From Octopus vulgaris (Eukaryota), in contig OX597814.1 in assembly GCA_951406725.2 (NCBI GenBank), positions 189,410,001 to 189,474,000 on the forward strand: a DNA stretch of 64,000 nucleotides. Direction: 5' to 3'. Positions 1-12,249 of this stretch are shown piece after piece. Numbering within the stretch: position 1 is the stretch's first letter; each line of letters starts with the position of its first letter. The notes under the pieces were generated by a model. The model searched no databases. It worked only from the letters and a program-made list of their open reading frames with translations, and had not been told where the DNA came from. The position numbers were made by a program, and so were the translations under genes.

Positions 1-118
1 GTGAAATTGAATTTGGGCCAGTTATACTTTAAGGTGTACAACTGGTTGTGCTCGTCGTTTGAGCATCCATGTGTGTATGTTTTCGTGCTTTTGTGTTCGA
101 GTTCATACGCGTATGAGA

Positions 119-152
<34 letters not shown>

Positions 153-671
153 ATCTTTTGTGTGCTTGTGTTAACTGGAACCAAAAAAATTCTGATTTCT
201 CAGACAAAAAAAAAAGAACTAAAAAAAATCCAGCTTGTCGTTATCAATAATATGATAATCATTACAAACACCATTACTACCATCAAAACCATCCTACCAC
301 CACCTCCACCATCATCATCATAAACATCGTCATCATCATCATCATCGTGGCCCTCTGCAATAACGACAGCAGCCTTGAAAGCTGCAATGGCCATAACTGC
401 TACAACAGCAACCATCTGAACTATGGCCTCCCACGTCCAAAAACCAACTTTGCACCTCTGTTATCATTACGCCCCGATTTATTCATCATCATCGTTATCA
501 TCCTCATCATCTTCGTGGTCGTCGTTGTCATCGTCGTCATCCTCGACGTCATCATTATCATCATTATTGTCGTCGCTGGCGTCATCTTTATCGTTCTCAT
601 CGTCGTCATCATCATCATCATCATCAATGCGACTAACATATTAGATCGAATGATAATCGCCATACTTTCGT

Positions 672-820
672 GGGTCGACTTTGCCTTTCATCCTTTCGGG
701 GTCGATTAAATAAGTACCAGTTACGCACTGAGGTCGATGTAATCGACTTAATCCGTTTGTCTGTCCTTGTTTGTCCCCTCTGTGTTTAGCCCCTTGTGGG
801 TAGTAAAGAAATAGGTATTT
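672..820 (+). mobile_element. SINE family A, partial copy (core plus 3' module, head missing)
   Basis: GTCGACTTTGCCTTTCATCCTTTCGGGGTCGATTAAATAAGTACCAG core and GTCGATGTAATCGAC hairpin, shared with many other copies in the window. Confidence 0.85.
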
Positions 821-879
821 ATTTTAGCGTTTCTAAAGGAAAGGTCTCTATTCATACAGTTATTAATTAGGGTAAATAA

Positions 880-1529
880 GGCGGCGAGCAGGCAGAATCG
901 CTAGCACGCCGGACAAAATGCTTAGCAGCGTTTCGTCTGTGTTTACGTTCTGTGTTCAAATTCCGCCGGAGTGTATTTTACCTTTCATCCTTTCGGGGTC
1001 GATAAGTAGCAATTGAGCACTGGGGCCAATTTAATCGACTTACCCCCCTCCTGGGTAGTGGGTAGCGATTTTCTTCGTTTAAGGGAGTGACGACCCTGCC
1101 TGACACGAGTCCCGGGTTCAGCTGTCTCCGGCTGACAGTACCCGGTATTGGAACGTATCCAGGGTTACAGAAAGGAGACAACATTCAAATAAATCTGGAG
1201 TGGAGCTCCGTAGGTGGGTTAGTGTTCGACTCGACACTCTTCCGGCAGCTCCTACAACGAAGCTGGTGCCAAATGTAATGCTCTGCACTCCTTTGGACTA
1301 CATCAGCAAGATCGAGAGGAATCCTGACGACTGGGCTACCCAGGATTTTCTAACATCTAGCCCAGGCCTGCGCAAATCTGGAGAGGAAACTGGAGAGGAC
1401 ATGGAATGTAAAAACCAGACTGGATTAGTTTATGTGCAACTCCATTGTCATCCCGAGACAAAAGGATGCCAACAATTACAACAACTTCCCCTCCCGAAAT
1501 TGCTGGCCTTGTACCAAAATTTGAAACCA
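880..1529 (+). mobile_element. SINE family A (tRNA-derived), interrupted by an RTE-derived insert
   Basis: Head GGCGGCGAGCAGGCAGAATCG (A-box-like) and GTTCAAATTCC (B box). The body stops at about 1051 and the tail CCCTCCCGAAATTGCTGGCCTTGTACCAAAATTTGAAACC resumes at about 1489. Confidence 0.8.
1052..1482 (+). mobile_element. Non-autonomous RTE-LINE derivative (5'UTR-like region, start of APE domain, CAA-type tail)
   Basis: GC-richer island encoding RTWNVKT (APE endonuclease N-terminal motif) near 1397-1417. It ends CAACAATTACAACAAC and has an imperfect target duplication ACTTACCCCCCTCC / ACTTCCCCTCC. Confidence 0.55.
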
Positions 1530-1607
1530 GTTGCGTTAAATGTGACTACGAGCAAAATACTTAGTACGTCAGCTAAATATTGTAAAATTCCGGGTTCTTT
1601 TCCTGAG

Positions 1608-1642
<35 letters not shown>

Positions 1643-1645
<3 letters not shown>

Positions 1646-1773
1646 GGTGTCCCAAAAAAATGTATACACACCTTAAATAATTGTAAATTTGTTATTCTTT
1701 GTAAGCCTAGTACTTATTCTATCGTTCTCTTTTGCCGAACCACTATGTGTATAGATTTTTTTGGGACACCCTG
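1643..1773. mobile_element. Tc1/mariner-type MITE
   Basis: 28-bp TIR CAGGGTGTCCCAAAAAAAT(G/C)TATACACA with 1 mismatch, TA on both flanks, inside (TA)n. Confidence 0.85.
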
Positions 1774-1794
1774 TATATATATATATATGTGTGT

Positions 1795-2023
1795 TCTTTT
1801 ATTCATTTACTTGCTTCAGTCATTTGACTGCGGCCATGCTGGTGCACCGTCTTTAGTCAAACAAATTGACCCCAGGACTTATTCATTGTAAGCCTAGTAC
1901 TTATTTTATCTGTCTCTTTTGCCGAACCGCTAAGTTACAGAAACGTAAACACACCAACATCGATTGTCAAGCGATGGTTGGGGGTCAAACACAGGCAGAC
2001 ACACACAAATACACACACATATG

Positions 2024-2084
<61 letters not shown>

Positions 2085-2233
2085 GACGGATTTCTTACAA
2101 TCTACTCACAGGGCTTCGGTCGGCCCGAGGCTGCATTAGAAGACACTTGCCCAAGGTGCCACGCAGTGGGACTAAACCCAGAACTATGTGGTTGGGAAGC
2201 AAGCTTCCTACCACACAGTCACACCCGCGCCTG
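1795..2233 (-). mobile_element. SINE family B (tRNA-derived, internal TA/TG microsatellite)
   Basis: Matches the in-window family: head TGGCTGTGTGG...GGTTCAGTCCC, internal (TA)n(TG)n, tail GGCGGTGCTCCAGCATGGCCGCAGTCAAATGACTGAAAC. Confidence 0.9.
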
Positions 2234-2786
2234 TCATATATATATATATATATATGTACACACACATATACATACATACGCACAAGTGTGTGTGTGTCTG
2301 TGTGTATAAATTTGTAGTGTAATATATAGATTCATGCAATCATTTGGCTATTATGGAAGGCTCCTCTATCGGACACGATTAGCAGACCACTGATTCGTCA
2401 ATATACAGTTGTATTGCATAATACTTAGTTAGCATATAAGTGCAGACCTGTAACATAATTTTATTACACGATGAAAGTTGCGAAACGGCCGTAACCCATA
2501 GGATGACTTGTGGTTAAATAAATGTATTCTCTTCTCACACCTCCTGGCTTTTTATGGATTATATATATATATTTTTATACACACACATAAACACACACAT
2601 AAACACCCACACACAAACACATACACACACAAAATATTATAACCATATACATACATACAAATATGTGTGTGTATGTGTGTGTGTGTGTATGTGTGTGTGT
2701 ATGTGTCTGCATATATTTATTTATATTGATGGGAGTAGGTTACAAATCGCAATAATTCTGAGTTGCTTATTTCCGCGATGAGTGTT

Positions 2787-2817
<31 letters not shown>

Positions 2818-3205
2818 GCGTATCAGTATGCTTGTGTGTTGGTATGCTTGTGTGTGCATATTTACATTCACCTCTTCTTCGATTAGGTCTAACGTATTTC
2901 AATAATCATTTCAAAAGCATGCACAACGGCACATACCTAAACGGGTGATGAATGGAAAGGAAATTATATCACCCTCAATACTTTAACTGCTATATCCTAT
3001 ATCGAACACTCACATGTTTATTGTTTTATTATTTTAGAGCCTACTCGCCAATTAGATTAAAGCTCATTCCTAAAGCTTCTGGACGTAGAGCCATTGCGAC
3101 ATGTAAAACATCGGTGCTTCCATTCTTGTAACGTAACCATTGATTGTAGCATTAGAAAATGTAGCATTAGAAAAAATACATATTCGATTAACCTGTTTGT
3201 CTAAA

Positions 3206-3603
3206 TCTTTATATATAAAAGTAAGGTTGTGTGCTGTCTGTCTCCTACGATTTAGATTCCTAACTACTCCCACATTTTGCGGTGCAGTTTAACCAAAACC
3301 GGGTATCTTATAGTCGTGACTCATATCGAGCCCTTCTGGGTATTAGCGCGCGTCTACGATGAGTCTACGATTTAAAAAAAAACTTACCATCAATTTTTCC
3401 CATTTTTAATGCATTTTTGGCATATATAAGGGAAGTAACTCTCTAAAAATTTATTATTAAATCTCAGAACGTAAAAAGCTACTGTAACCCCCCCCTCCTT
3501 TGTGGTTAGCCATATTGAGATGGCTATTATACTTTACATCTCTAAAAATGCTTATATAGTTATTTCCCTTACAAACCCGAGCAACGCCGGACGATACTGC
3601 TAG
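3206..3603 (+). mobile_element. Non-autonomous Helitron
   Basis: Starts A|TCTTTATATATAAAA. Ends with hairpin CCCGAGCAACGCCGGA followed by CTAG|T. No TSD. Confidence 0.8.
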
Positions 3604-3787
3604 TATATTCTAAAATAAGAGGCGGGTTTTATTGACTCGGTCTATAACTGGTACCTGCTTTTATTGTCCTCGTAAGGGTGACATGCTAATCTTGTCTTCT
3701 GAGACATTTGAACCGAGAAGCAAAATATATAATGCAAGATGCTATGGAGTAGACTTGCTCGTGTTTGATTCTTAAATCTCTCAATCA

Positions 3788-4135
3788 TCTTTCTTTATTC
3801 TTTATTCTTTAACCCTCCAACACGGAGTATAGGCTACTTATAGTTGAATTCCATGTCGCATAATTTTTGGCTTCTGTACTTATACTCTGCCATGAATGTC
3901 ATTCTTTCTCTAGTTCCTTTTGTGTTGATCCACGCCACGAGTTCTTAGGCCTACCTCTCTTTCTATATCCATCTGGTTCCCACTGTAAAGCACTTTTCGC
4001 TACATTCGGTGTGTCTTTTCTAATTGTGCCACCAATCCACTTCTACTTTTTCTTAAATATTTGCTCCCCAATCGAAACTTCATTTGTTCTTTGCCATAGC
4101 TCCATATTGCTTATGAATCTCTCAATCATACTTAC
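3788..4135 (-). mobile_element. RTE-clade LINE, 5'-truncated 3' end (decayed)
   Basis: Minus strand reads ISNMELWQRTNE...KWIGGTIRK...ALQWEPDGYRKRGRPKNSW, typical of the RTE C-terminus, with an (AAGAATAA)-type tail. Confidence 0.85.
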
Positions 4136-4142
4136 CATTTTT

Positions 4143-4145
4143 AGC

Positions 4146-4230
<85 letters not shown>

Positions 4231-4375
4231 ATAGCAGTTGTAGTAGTAGTAGTAGTAGAAGGGGTCGATCTAATCGACTGACCCCTTCCCCAAAAAATTT
4301 CAAGCTTTGTGCCTTTAGCAGAAAGGATTATTCTTATCATTGTTACCATTTGTAGTAGTAGTTGTAGTAGTAGTT

Positions 4376-4410
<35 letters not shown>

Positions 4411-4412
4411 TA
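4143..4412. repeat. (TAG)n microsatellite containing a family A tail fragment (4260-4333)
   Basis: Read directly from the sequence. Confidence 0.9.
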
Positions 4413-4531
4413 TAGCTGTTGCTGGTCTAATTTGAGAGTCAATATCGATAGCAACACTTGTTTTAACAACTTGAGGATTAAGTGATCATATGTATGTAGA
4501 GACATATGTGTGTATGTGTGTGTTTTATATG

Positions 4532-4567
<36 letters not shown>

Positions 4568-4990
4568 GGTGTATGTTATACATTATGTATTATAATTACA
4601 CATGCACACACACACACACACACATATACTTATAAGTATGTGTATAACATAAAAACAAGTGTACGTGTATACTAGGGGCTGTTATTTACAGAAGATAAGC
4701 ATGTTTGCTTATGTATACGTAATGTCTGCTCTTTGCGTAATCTGAAACATAATAGCATCCATCGTCCATTGGGGTCAAAGCTACTTTTAGATACGTAATC
4801 ATGCCAGACTAAGGCGAAGACCGCAGACAGATAAATCAATAATAAATAAAGTGACCTGTTGATTACTACACGATAAGTGTTCAGACCGATTTTTTTTTTG
4901 GGGGGGGGGGTTCTGTATTTGCATTTTTTTTTTGTTTTTTATTTGGGTGTTTGATTTTTTTTGCCTTTTTGTTTTTCGTATCGACATCAG

Positions 4991-5042
<52 letters not shown>

Positions 5043-5229
5043 CCTGACTTTCCTTATTCCTTTCGTCTGACCTCACCTATCTCTGTTTTTTGTCTGCTGT
5101 TGCTTTGTCTGTCTATCACTGTCTGACAATGTCTATCTTTCACTCTCTATCTAACTCCCTGCTCCCCTCTCTGTGTGAACCATTTTTTTCTATATCCCCC
5201 ACCACTGTCTCGGCAAGAATACAAATGCA

Positions 5230-5262
5230 ATATACATATATGTATACTAACACACACACACA

Positions 5263-5326
<64 letters not shown>

Positions 5327-5431
5327 AACACACATGTGTGTGTAAGTATATATGTATATAAATATATGTATGTATATCTATATACAGATATATGTGTATG
5401 TATGTATATATATATGTATATATATATATAT

Positions 5432-5524
<93 letters not shown>

Positions 5525-5771
5525 CACACATATATATATACACATATATACATGTATATACATATATATACATATATATACACATATATATACGCATATA
5601 TAAGTATATATATATATATATATCTGTGTATATATACACATGCATATACATGCATATATATATTTACACGTACATATGTATAATGTATATATATATACAT
5701 GTATACATATACACATATATATATGTATTGACACACACACACATACATACATACATACATACATACATACA

Positions 5772-5843
<72 letters not shown>

Positions 5844-5845
5844 TT
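5230..5845. repeat. Compound (CA)n/(TA)n/(TATG)n/(CATA)n microsatellite
   Basis: Read directly; source of the YI/VC pseudo-ORFs. Confidence 0.95.
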
Positions 5846-7199
5846 ATTTTTCAAACTATTCTTCGCTAATCTCATGACCTCGTTTCCGATATCACTTCAT
5901 AATATCTATACTTTGCTAGCCATAATTTTCTGCTGTTTTCTATTTATGTTACATTTTATATTATTCTTTGCTCCCTATAACTTGTTATCTAGCCCTAACA
6001 CATCTCTGTCTTTTTCACTGCCTTTCCATATTTTGTTTTTATCCCCTCCTACCCTATATCTAGATATTTATATCTCATTCAAATGATTAAACGACGTCCG
6101 TATATCACGAGAAATCTAACAGTTGACGCTGCTCCATATCCCACGGAAAATAAATCACATCGCTATTAATTAAACCAAGTTCCTGCCAAACTTTCGATTG
6201 TCTTTCTGAAGTCGATATCAAAAGAAGTCTACTCATATTTATACTCATATACATGCTCATATAGATATATATGTATATATGTATGTAGAATACATACCAT
6301 AATATATATATATATATATATATACATACTTACGTATATATATACACATACATACATATATGTACGTATATATATATAATATAACTTAGTATGATATACA
6401 TGTATATATACATTTAATACATATATATGGATATATGTATATATATATATGTTTGTGTGTATATATGTATGTGTGTATGTATATATATACATATATATAC
6501 ATATGTATATATATATGTGCTTGTGTGTGTATATATGTATACATATATATATATATATGTACACATGCTCTTATATAGACACACATACATGTACACACAC
6601 ACACATACACACACATATATGCCTGTATATATGTGCATATGTACATATACACAGACATATATGCGTGTGTGTATGTATGTCTACATGCACACTATTTGGT
6701 CTATAACTGGCCATGAATGACTTTACCGAAACTTGACCACTACGGCCTCTAGGTCTAGTAGCTGACATCGCGATAGCAGATTCCTTAAGCAGAAAGAAAA
6801 ATGGGCGAAGATTTATGTTTTGAGATAAATGTGTTTATATTGGAAGCAAAATTGATCTCCAAGTAAACTGTGACTTTTGGCCTCTTTCTCCTTGAACCGA
6901 TGTAATATAATGCTTCACTTAGAAAATGGCCGCTTTCTGGAATATGCCTGCACGTGTGCATGAGCCTTAATATGCGAGTATATTGGTGGATTTCTTGTTG
7001 TTCAAAATATGTCGATGTGGTGAGGTGTAGGCAAATTATGGACTTTCTGCGTATAAGAAGACGCAAAAACTTAAAATGTTAATGCATGAGTGTTCTGCCT
7101 AAACTATTGCAAAATTAGGCATAACATTTTTTTTTATCAACTGGCATAAGTTTGTTCAAGTTGCCTGTATTACTTGAGTAACTCGTACTCTATCGAGCG

Positions 7200-7760
7200 G
7201 TACCACTCAAGCGTAATATTATTTGTGTCGTTTGCACTCCAGACTTCAAATTTTATATGCACTGCTGTACTCGGCACTTCATAACCACTTTCATCATGTC
7301 TGTTTCATGAAATCCTTGTCCCCGAACGCAAATTTTTAAGTATTCAATATCTCGAAGTCGGTGAACGCCATTTCTTGCTGTATAGTATGAGGAGGGAACA
7401 CCGACCGCCCAGTTTGCTGATTGCTTGATTTATTCCCAATGTTGTGCGTGTAGTCGCACATTGTCATGTTGAATGTTCGTTTTTATATTCGTGTTCCGCT
7501 TCATCCTACATATGGCTTCTTTTCAATGCATCTGTTTACGGTAGAAACACGTTCAAAGAGAACGGCCCCACAAGGCTATCTATGAATTTTTATGATGATC
7601 GCTGTATATTGAGCTCCTTAAGCTTCGGGGAAGATTTGCTACGCGTTTCCATGGCCAGAACGTTCGTATGCGGATCGTAAAGATACGCGCGTTTCATACT
7701 CGGTCACATGTTTTCCTTGGTTTCAATCATTTGCAGCAGACGTCTACTCTTCTCTCTTTC
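7200..7760 (-). pseudogene. Highly decayed mariner transposase
   Basis: Minus-strand frames give YDPHTNVLAMETRSKSSPK, then IQHDNVRLH (cf. HDNARPH), then SVFPPHTIQQEMAFTDF (cf. VLPHPPYSPDLAPSDF), in the expected order with frameshifts. Confidence 0.65.
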
Positions 7761-7764
7761 AAAT

Positions 7765-7913
7765 CTGGTGTTCAACTAGTAATTATTTTATCGACCCCGA
7801 AAGGATGAAAGGCAAGTCGACTTCGGTGGACTTTGAACTCAGAACATAAAAAGAGGGAAACGCCCTTAAGCATTTTGCTTGGCGTGCTAACAATTCTGCA
7901 AGCACGCTGCCTT
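7765..7913 (-). mobile_element. SINE family A copy
   Basis: Reverse complement of the family A head and core. Confidence 0.85.
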
Positions 7914-8145
7914 TAATAATGATGATGATGATGATGATGGTGTTAATAATGATAATAATAATAATAATTCTTTCTGCTATAGACACAAAACACGAAATTC
8001 GGTGGAAGGGCTAATCGCTTACGTCGACCCCGATACCTATTTTTAAAGACTTCTCCTTAATCTATCGGTCCCATTTTGCCGAACCACAAAGTTAGCAAAA
8101 CAACATCGGTGGTCAAACATTAGAGCGAAAAGTACAAGCACAGCG

Positions 8146-8210
<65 letters not shown>

Positions 8211-8211
<1 letters not shown>

Positions 8212-9047
8212 TCCCATACTCCCTTCCCAACTCCCATACTCCCTTCCCAACTCCCATACTCCCTTCCTTCAGGTGAAACTCTCGCGGCGTCTAACAACAT
8301 CAGAGACTTGGGAGTAATTGTGGACAACAACATAAGCTGGGCCACTCATATAAACACCAAAGTTGACATGGCCCGCAGAATGTGTTCCTGGATTCTCAGA
8401 ACTTTCCAGTCGAGAGATATCCACACCATTATCCTTCTCTTCTCCACTTTTGCCCGACCCCACCTTGAATACTGTTGTCCACTGTGGTCTCCCCACACAA
8501 TACAAGGTATCATAAAAGTTGAAGCACCTCAAAGGGCAATCACAAAAAAGATAGATGGCATGACAGGCCTCGACTATTGGGGTCGACTAGAAAAGCTAAA
8601 ACTCTATTCTCTCCAACGTCGTCGCGAGCGCTACATCATCTGCATGATGTGGAAAATATTCCATCAGCATTGCCCAAATGATGTTGGCATCACCTTTAAG
8701 GTACATCCAAGGCTTGGGCCCCGTGCTATCCGCCCAAAACAAAAATCGCACTCTCATCTCATAACAACAATACGGCACAATTATTTCACCTCAATTGGCT
8801 CCGCTCTCTTTAACATTACACCAAAACACATTAAAACAGAAACTGACCCTATAGGGTTCAAGAAGTCTTTGGACAGATTCCTTCAAGAAATCCCGGATAA
8901 ACCCCCTACACCCGGATATGTCTCTGTAAACAATAACTCTCTACTTGAGTGGGCCATAGTGCCCAAATTCTGACTTGAAAGACTTCACCAGGTGGTGCTA
9001 TTAAGTTAGACATGGCCTGGGCCAATAATGGCCGAAAATTATCAAAG
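8211..9047 (+). mobile_element. CR1-clade LINE, 5'-truncated 3' end (RT C-terminal region, ORF 8308-8973, plus 3'UTR)
   Basis: DLGVIVDNNISWATHI...RPHLEYCCPLWSPH...RLEKLKLYSLQRRRER...FKKSLDRFL in an uninterrupted frame; (TA)n on both sides. Confidence 0.92.
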
Positions 9048-9680
9048 TATATATATATATATATATATAAATATATCAAATATATATATATATAACACAT
9101 ATATATACAACGGGAGGCTTTGGTCCACCCGGGGCTATAGTAGGCTATAGTTACCCAAAGTCACCACAATGGTACTGAACTCACAATCATGTGGTTGGGA
9201 CGTTTGCTTACCACACAGCCATGTCGTCTATGATAATAAAAATGGTTAAAAACACAGAAGCTATGACAGGCCTCACAACACAACACACTATCCAAGATAT
9301 AACTCAATATGAACAGCTCACACCCTGCGCAAGACATAATTAATTCAAGTGAACATCTCAAAAAGAGCAAACTTCACACCTAGCCCTGCAAAATAAGCCC
9401 CTAAAATAACAAAGCGACGTAACTCTCACAACGTATACACTACAAAATTAACACCCAATAACATAACACGAGTTACATGACGCACAATAATATACAACAG
9501 AACAAAAACTAATGTAACACAGGATACAACAGAATAAACTTCAAAGCAAAACAGAATGATGCAGTAACAGGAGGGGTCCTGTTAGTTCCCCTCACTCCAC
9601 CTCACAAAAATGAGGAAACATCACAGGAACATAAAGGTGCACCAGTGAGGCAGTAGAAATTCGCATGAAACTACTCAGAA

Positions 9681-10277
<597 letters not shown>

Positions 10278-10281
10278 GATG

Positions 10282-10442
10282 TGGTGTGAGCAAACTCCAG
10301 ACGGAGTCACGGAAAATGAGACTAGCAAAATCCTGTAGGACGCAATGGCTCAGTGCGATCACCCAACCAGACATCGGAGATCGGACATTGTTGTGGTGAC
10401 TTAAAAGTATGATAATCGACATAGCATGCCCCGGTGACAAGA
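10282..10442 (+). pseudogene. R4/Dong-like non-LTR retrotransposon, restriction-like endonuclease region remnant
   Basis: WCEQTPDGVTENETSKIL*DAMAQCDHPTRHRRSDIVVV, then a frameshift to MIIDIACPGD (cf. KILWD...RRPDIVVV...IIDIACP). Confidence 0.8.
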
Positions 10443-10642
10443 ATTCTTCACAGGGTTCATGAAGCATGACCAGTATACAAGAGTCACCTAAGTGTGATGG
10501 TCGTGAACAGCTGACACTTTCCATCATAACCCAGCAAAATAAGCTGTGAGTTTTGTAGGGCGTCAGGGACGTTACGGATGTAAAGAAAAAATGATTTGTA
10601 TCCAAAACGATAAAGGTATTAGATGACGAAGACAGCGAAAGA

Positions 10643-11047
10643 ATACTCTTTTACTTGTTTCAGTCATTTGATTGCGGCCATGCTGGAGCACCACCTTTAG
10701 TCGAGCAAATCGACCCTAGGACTTATTCTTTGTAAGCCTAGTACTTATTCTATCGGATTCTTTTGCCGAACCGCTAAGCTACGAGGACGTAAACACACCG
10801 GCATCGGTTGTCAAGCGATGTTGGGGGGACAAACACAGACACACAATCACACACACACACATATATATATACATATACATATATAAGACGGGCTTCTTTC
10901 AGTTTCCGTCTACCAAATCCACTCACAAAGGCTTTTGGTGGCCTGAGGCTATAGTAGAAGACACTTTGCCCAAGGTGACACGCAGTGGAAATGAACCCGG
11001 AAACACGTGGTTGGTAAGCAAGCTACTTACCCCACAGCCACTCCTGC
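10643..11047 (-). mobile_element. SINE family B, full length
   Basis: Family match from head to (AAAAGAGT) tail. Confidence 0.92.
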
Positions 11048-11366
11048 AATTTTGTGTGAGTGTGTGTGTCTGTCTCTCTGTCTGTCTGTGTGTGTGTTGA
11101 TATGTGTGTATGCATATATATTGCCTATTACGCAGCAAACATTTCAGAAGATGACGCATAAAAGAATCTCTTAAATATCACGCCACACATCATATGACGT
11201 AATATTTATATAGTCAACGTCTGAAGAAGATATTTAAGATTGTTATGAAAATTTCTAGGGAGGCTAAAACACCAATTTAACGACATTAAATTATCAGCAA
11301 CTGGACTGCCGTGAATTCGAATCCAGAACTCTCATGAAACAGTTGATATTGATGTATGTACTTGTT

Positions 11367-11767
11367 TATTCTTTTACTTATTTCAGTCATCTGACTGCGG
11401 CCATGCTGGAGCACCGTCTTTGGTCGAGCAAATAAACCCCAGGACTTATTCTTTGTAAGTCTAGTACTTATTCTATCGGGCTCGCTTGCCGAACCGCTAA
11501 GTTACGAGGATGTAAACACACCTGCATCGGATGTCAAGCGATGTTGGGGGGATAGACACAGACACACAAACACACGCATACATATATATATACATATATA
11601 TACGATGGGCTTCTTTCAGTTTCCGTCAACCAAATCCACTCACAAGGCTTTGGTCGGTCCGAGGCTATAGTAGAAGACACTTGCCCAAGGTGCCACGTAG
11701 TGGGACTGAACCCGGAAACATGTGGTTAGTAAGCAAGCTACTTACCACACAACCACTCCTACGCCTG
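11367..11767 (-). mobile_element. SINE family B, full length
   Basis: Family match. Confidence 0.92.
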
Positions 11768-11860
11768 CATTGTTTTTTTACGTACACTGTATAAAATTAA
11801 GATGGTCTCGGAAATATAATGCATGTGTGCGTGTATAGACAGACAGACAAACAGACAGAT

Positions 11861-11985
11861 AGATCACGGTATTCACGGTATTCACGGTATCGACCAGATT
11901 ATCGGATGTTGTTATACATCGCTGGTCACAATGCACTTCGCATTGTTGTAGCTTTCGGATGTCACCTCGCTGGCTAGGCGACCAA
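11861..11985 (-). mobile_element. Interspersed repeat, probable retroposon 3' end with short tandem tail
   Basis: Second copy at 48753-48864 (CATCGCTGGTCACAATGC...GCTGGCTA); terminal (CACGGTATT) or (CACGTGAT) repeats. Confidence 0.55.
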
Positions 11986-11989
11986 GACA

Positions 11990-12249
11990 CCATTTCCCCT
12001 GAATAGAAGGATATTCCATCGCAGAATTGATTTTGTCATTTCTCTGGGACTTCTGGGACAAATGCACATTCCCACAGCTTTATCGATTGCATTCTCACCT
12101 GGAATCGATTTTTGAAACTTTTTCAAGACTTATACACGACCTGATATCGCCGGTATCTACATGCCAAATTTGAACGCAATCGGATGGAGGATGCCCGAGA
12201 TCCTAGAAGACATACACACAGACAGATAGAATGGATTTTATATAACAGA
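11990..12249 (-). mobile_element. Helitron-like 5' fragment
   Basis: Minus strand starts A|TCTGTTATATAAAA, then (CTGT)-like repeats and CCGATTGCGTTCAAATTTGG, the same layout as the Helitron at 35249-35617. No 3' CTAG found. Confidence 0.5.

Noticed and set aside
672-750. HDV-like ribozyme in the family A core
   Set aside because: A P1-like helix can be drawn, but P1.1, P4 and J4/2 are missing
1200-1676. 158-aa ORF as a host gene
   Set aside because: It runs across an RTE-derived insert, a SINE tail, (TA)n and a MITE end, so it is a chance fusion
5090-6768. Long ORFs rich in Y/I/V/C/H/T, here and across the window
   Set aside because: They are translations of TA, CA and TATG microsatellites, which lack stop codons in several frames
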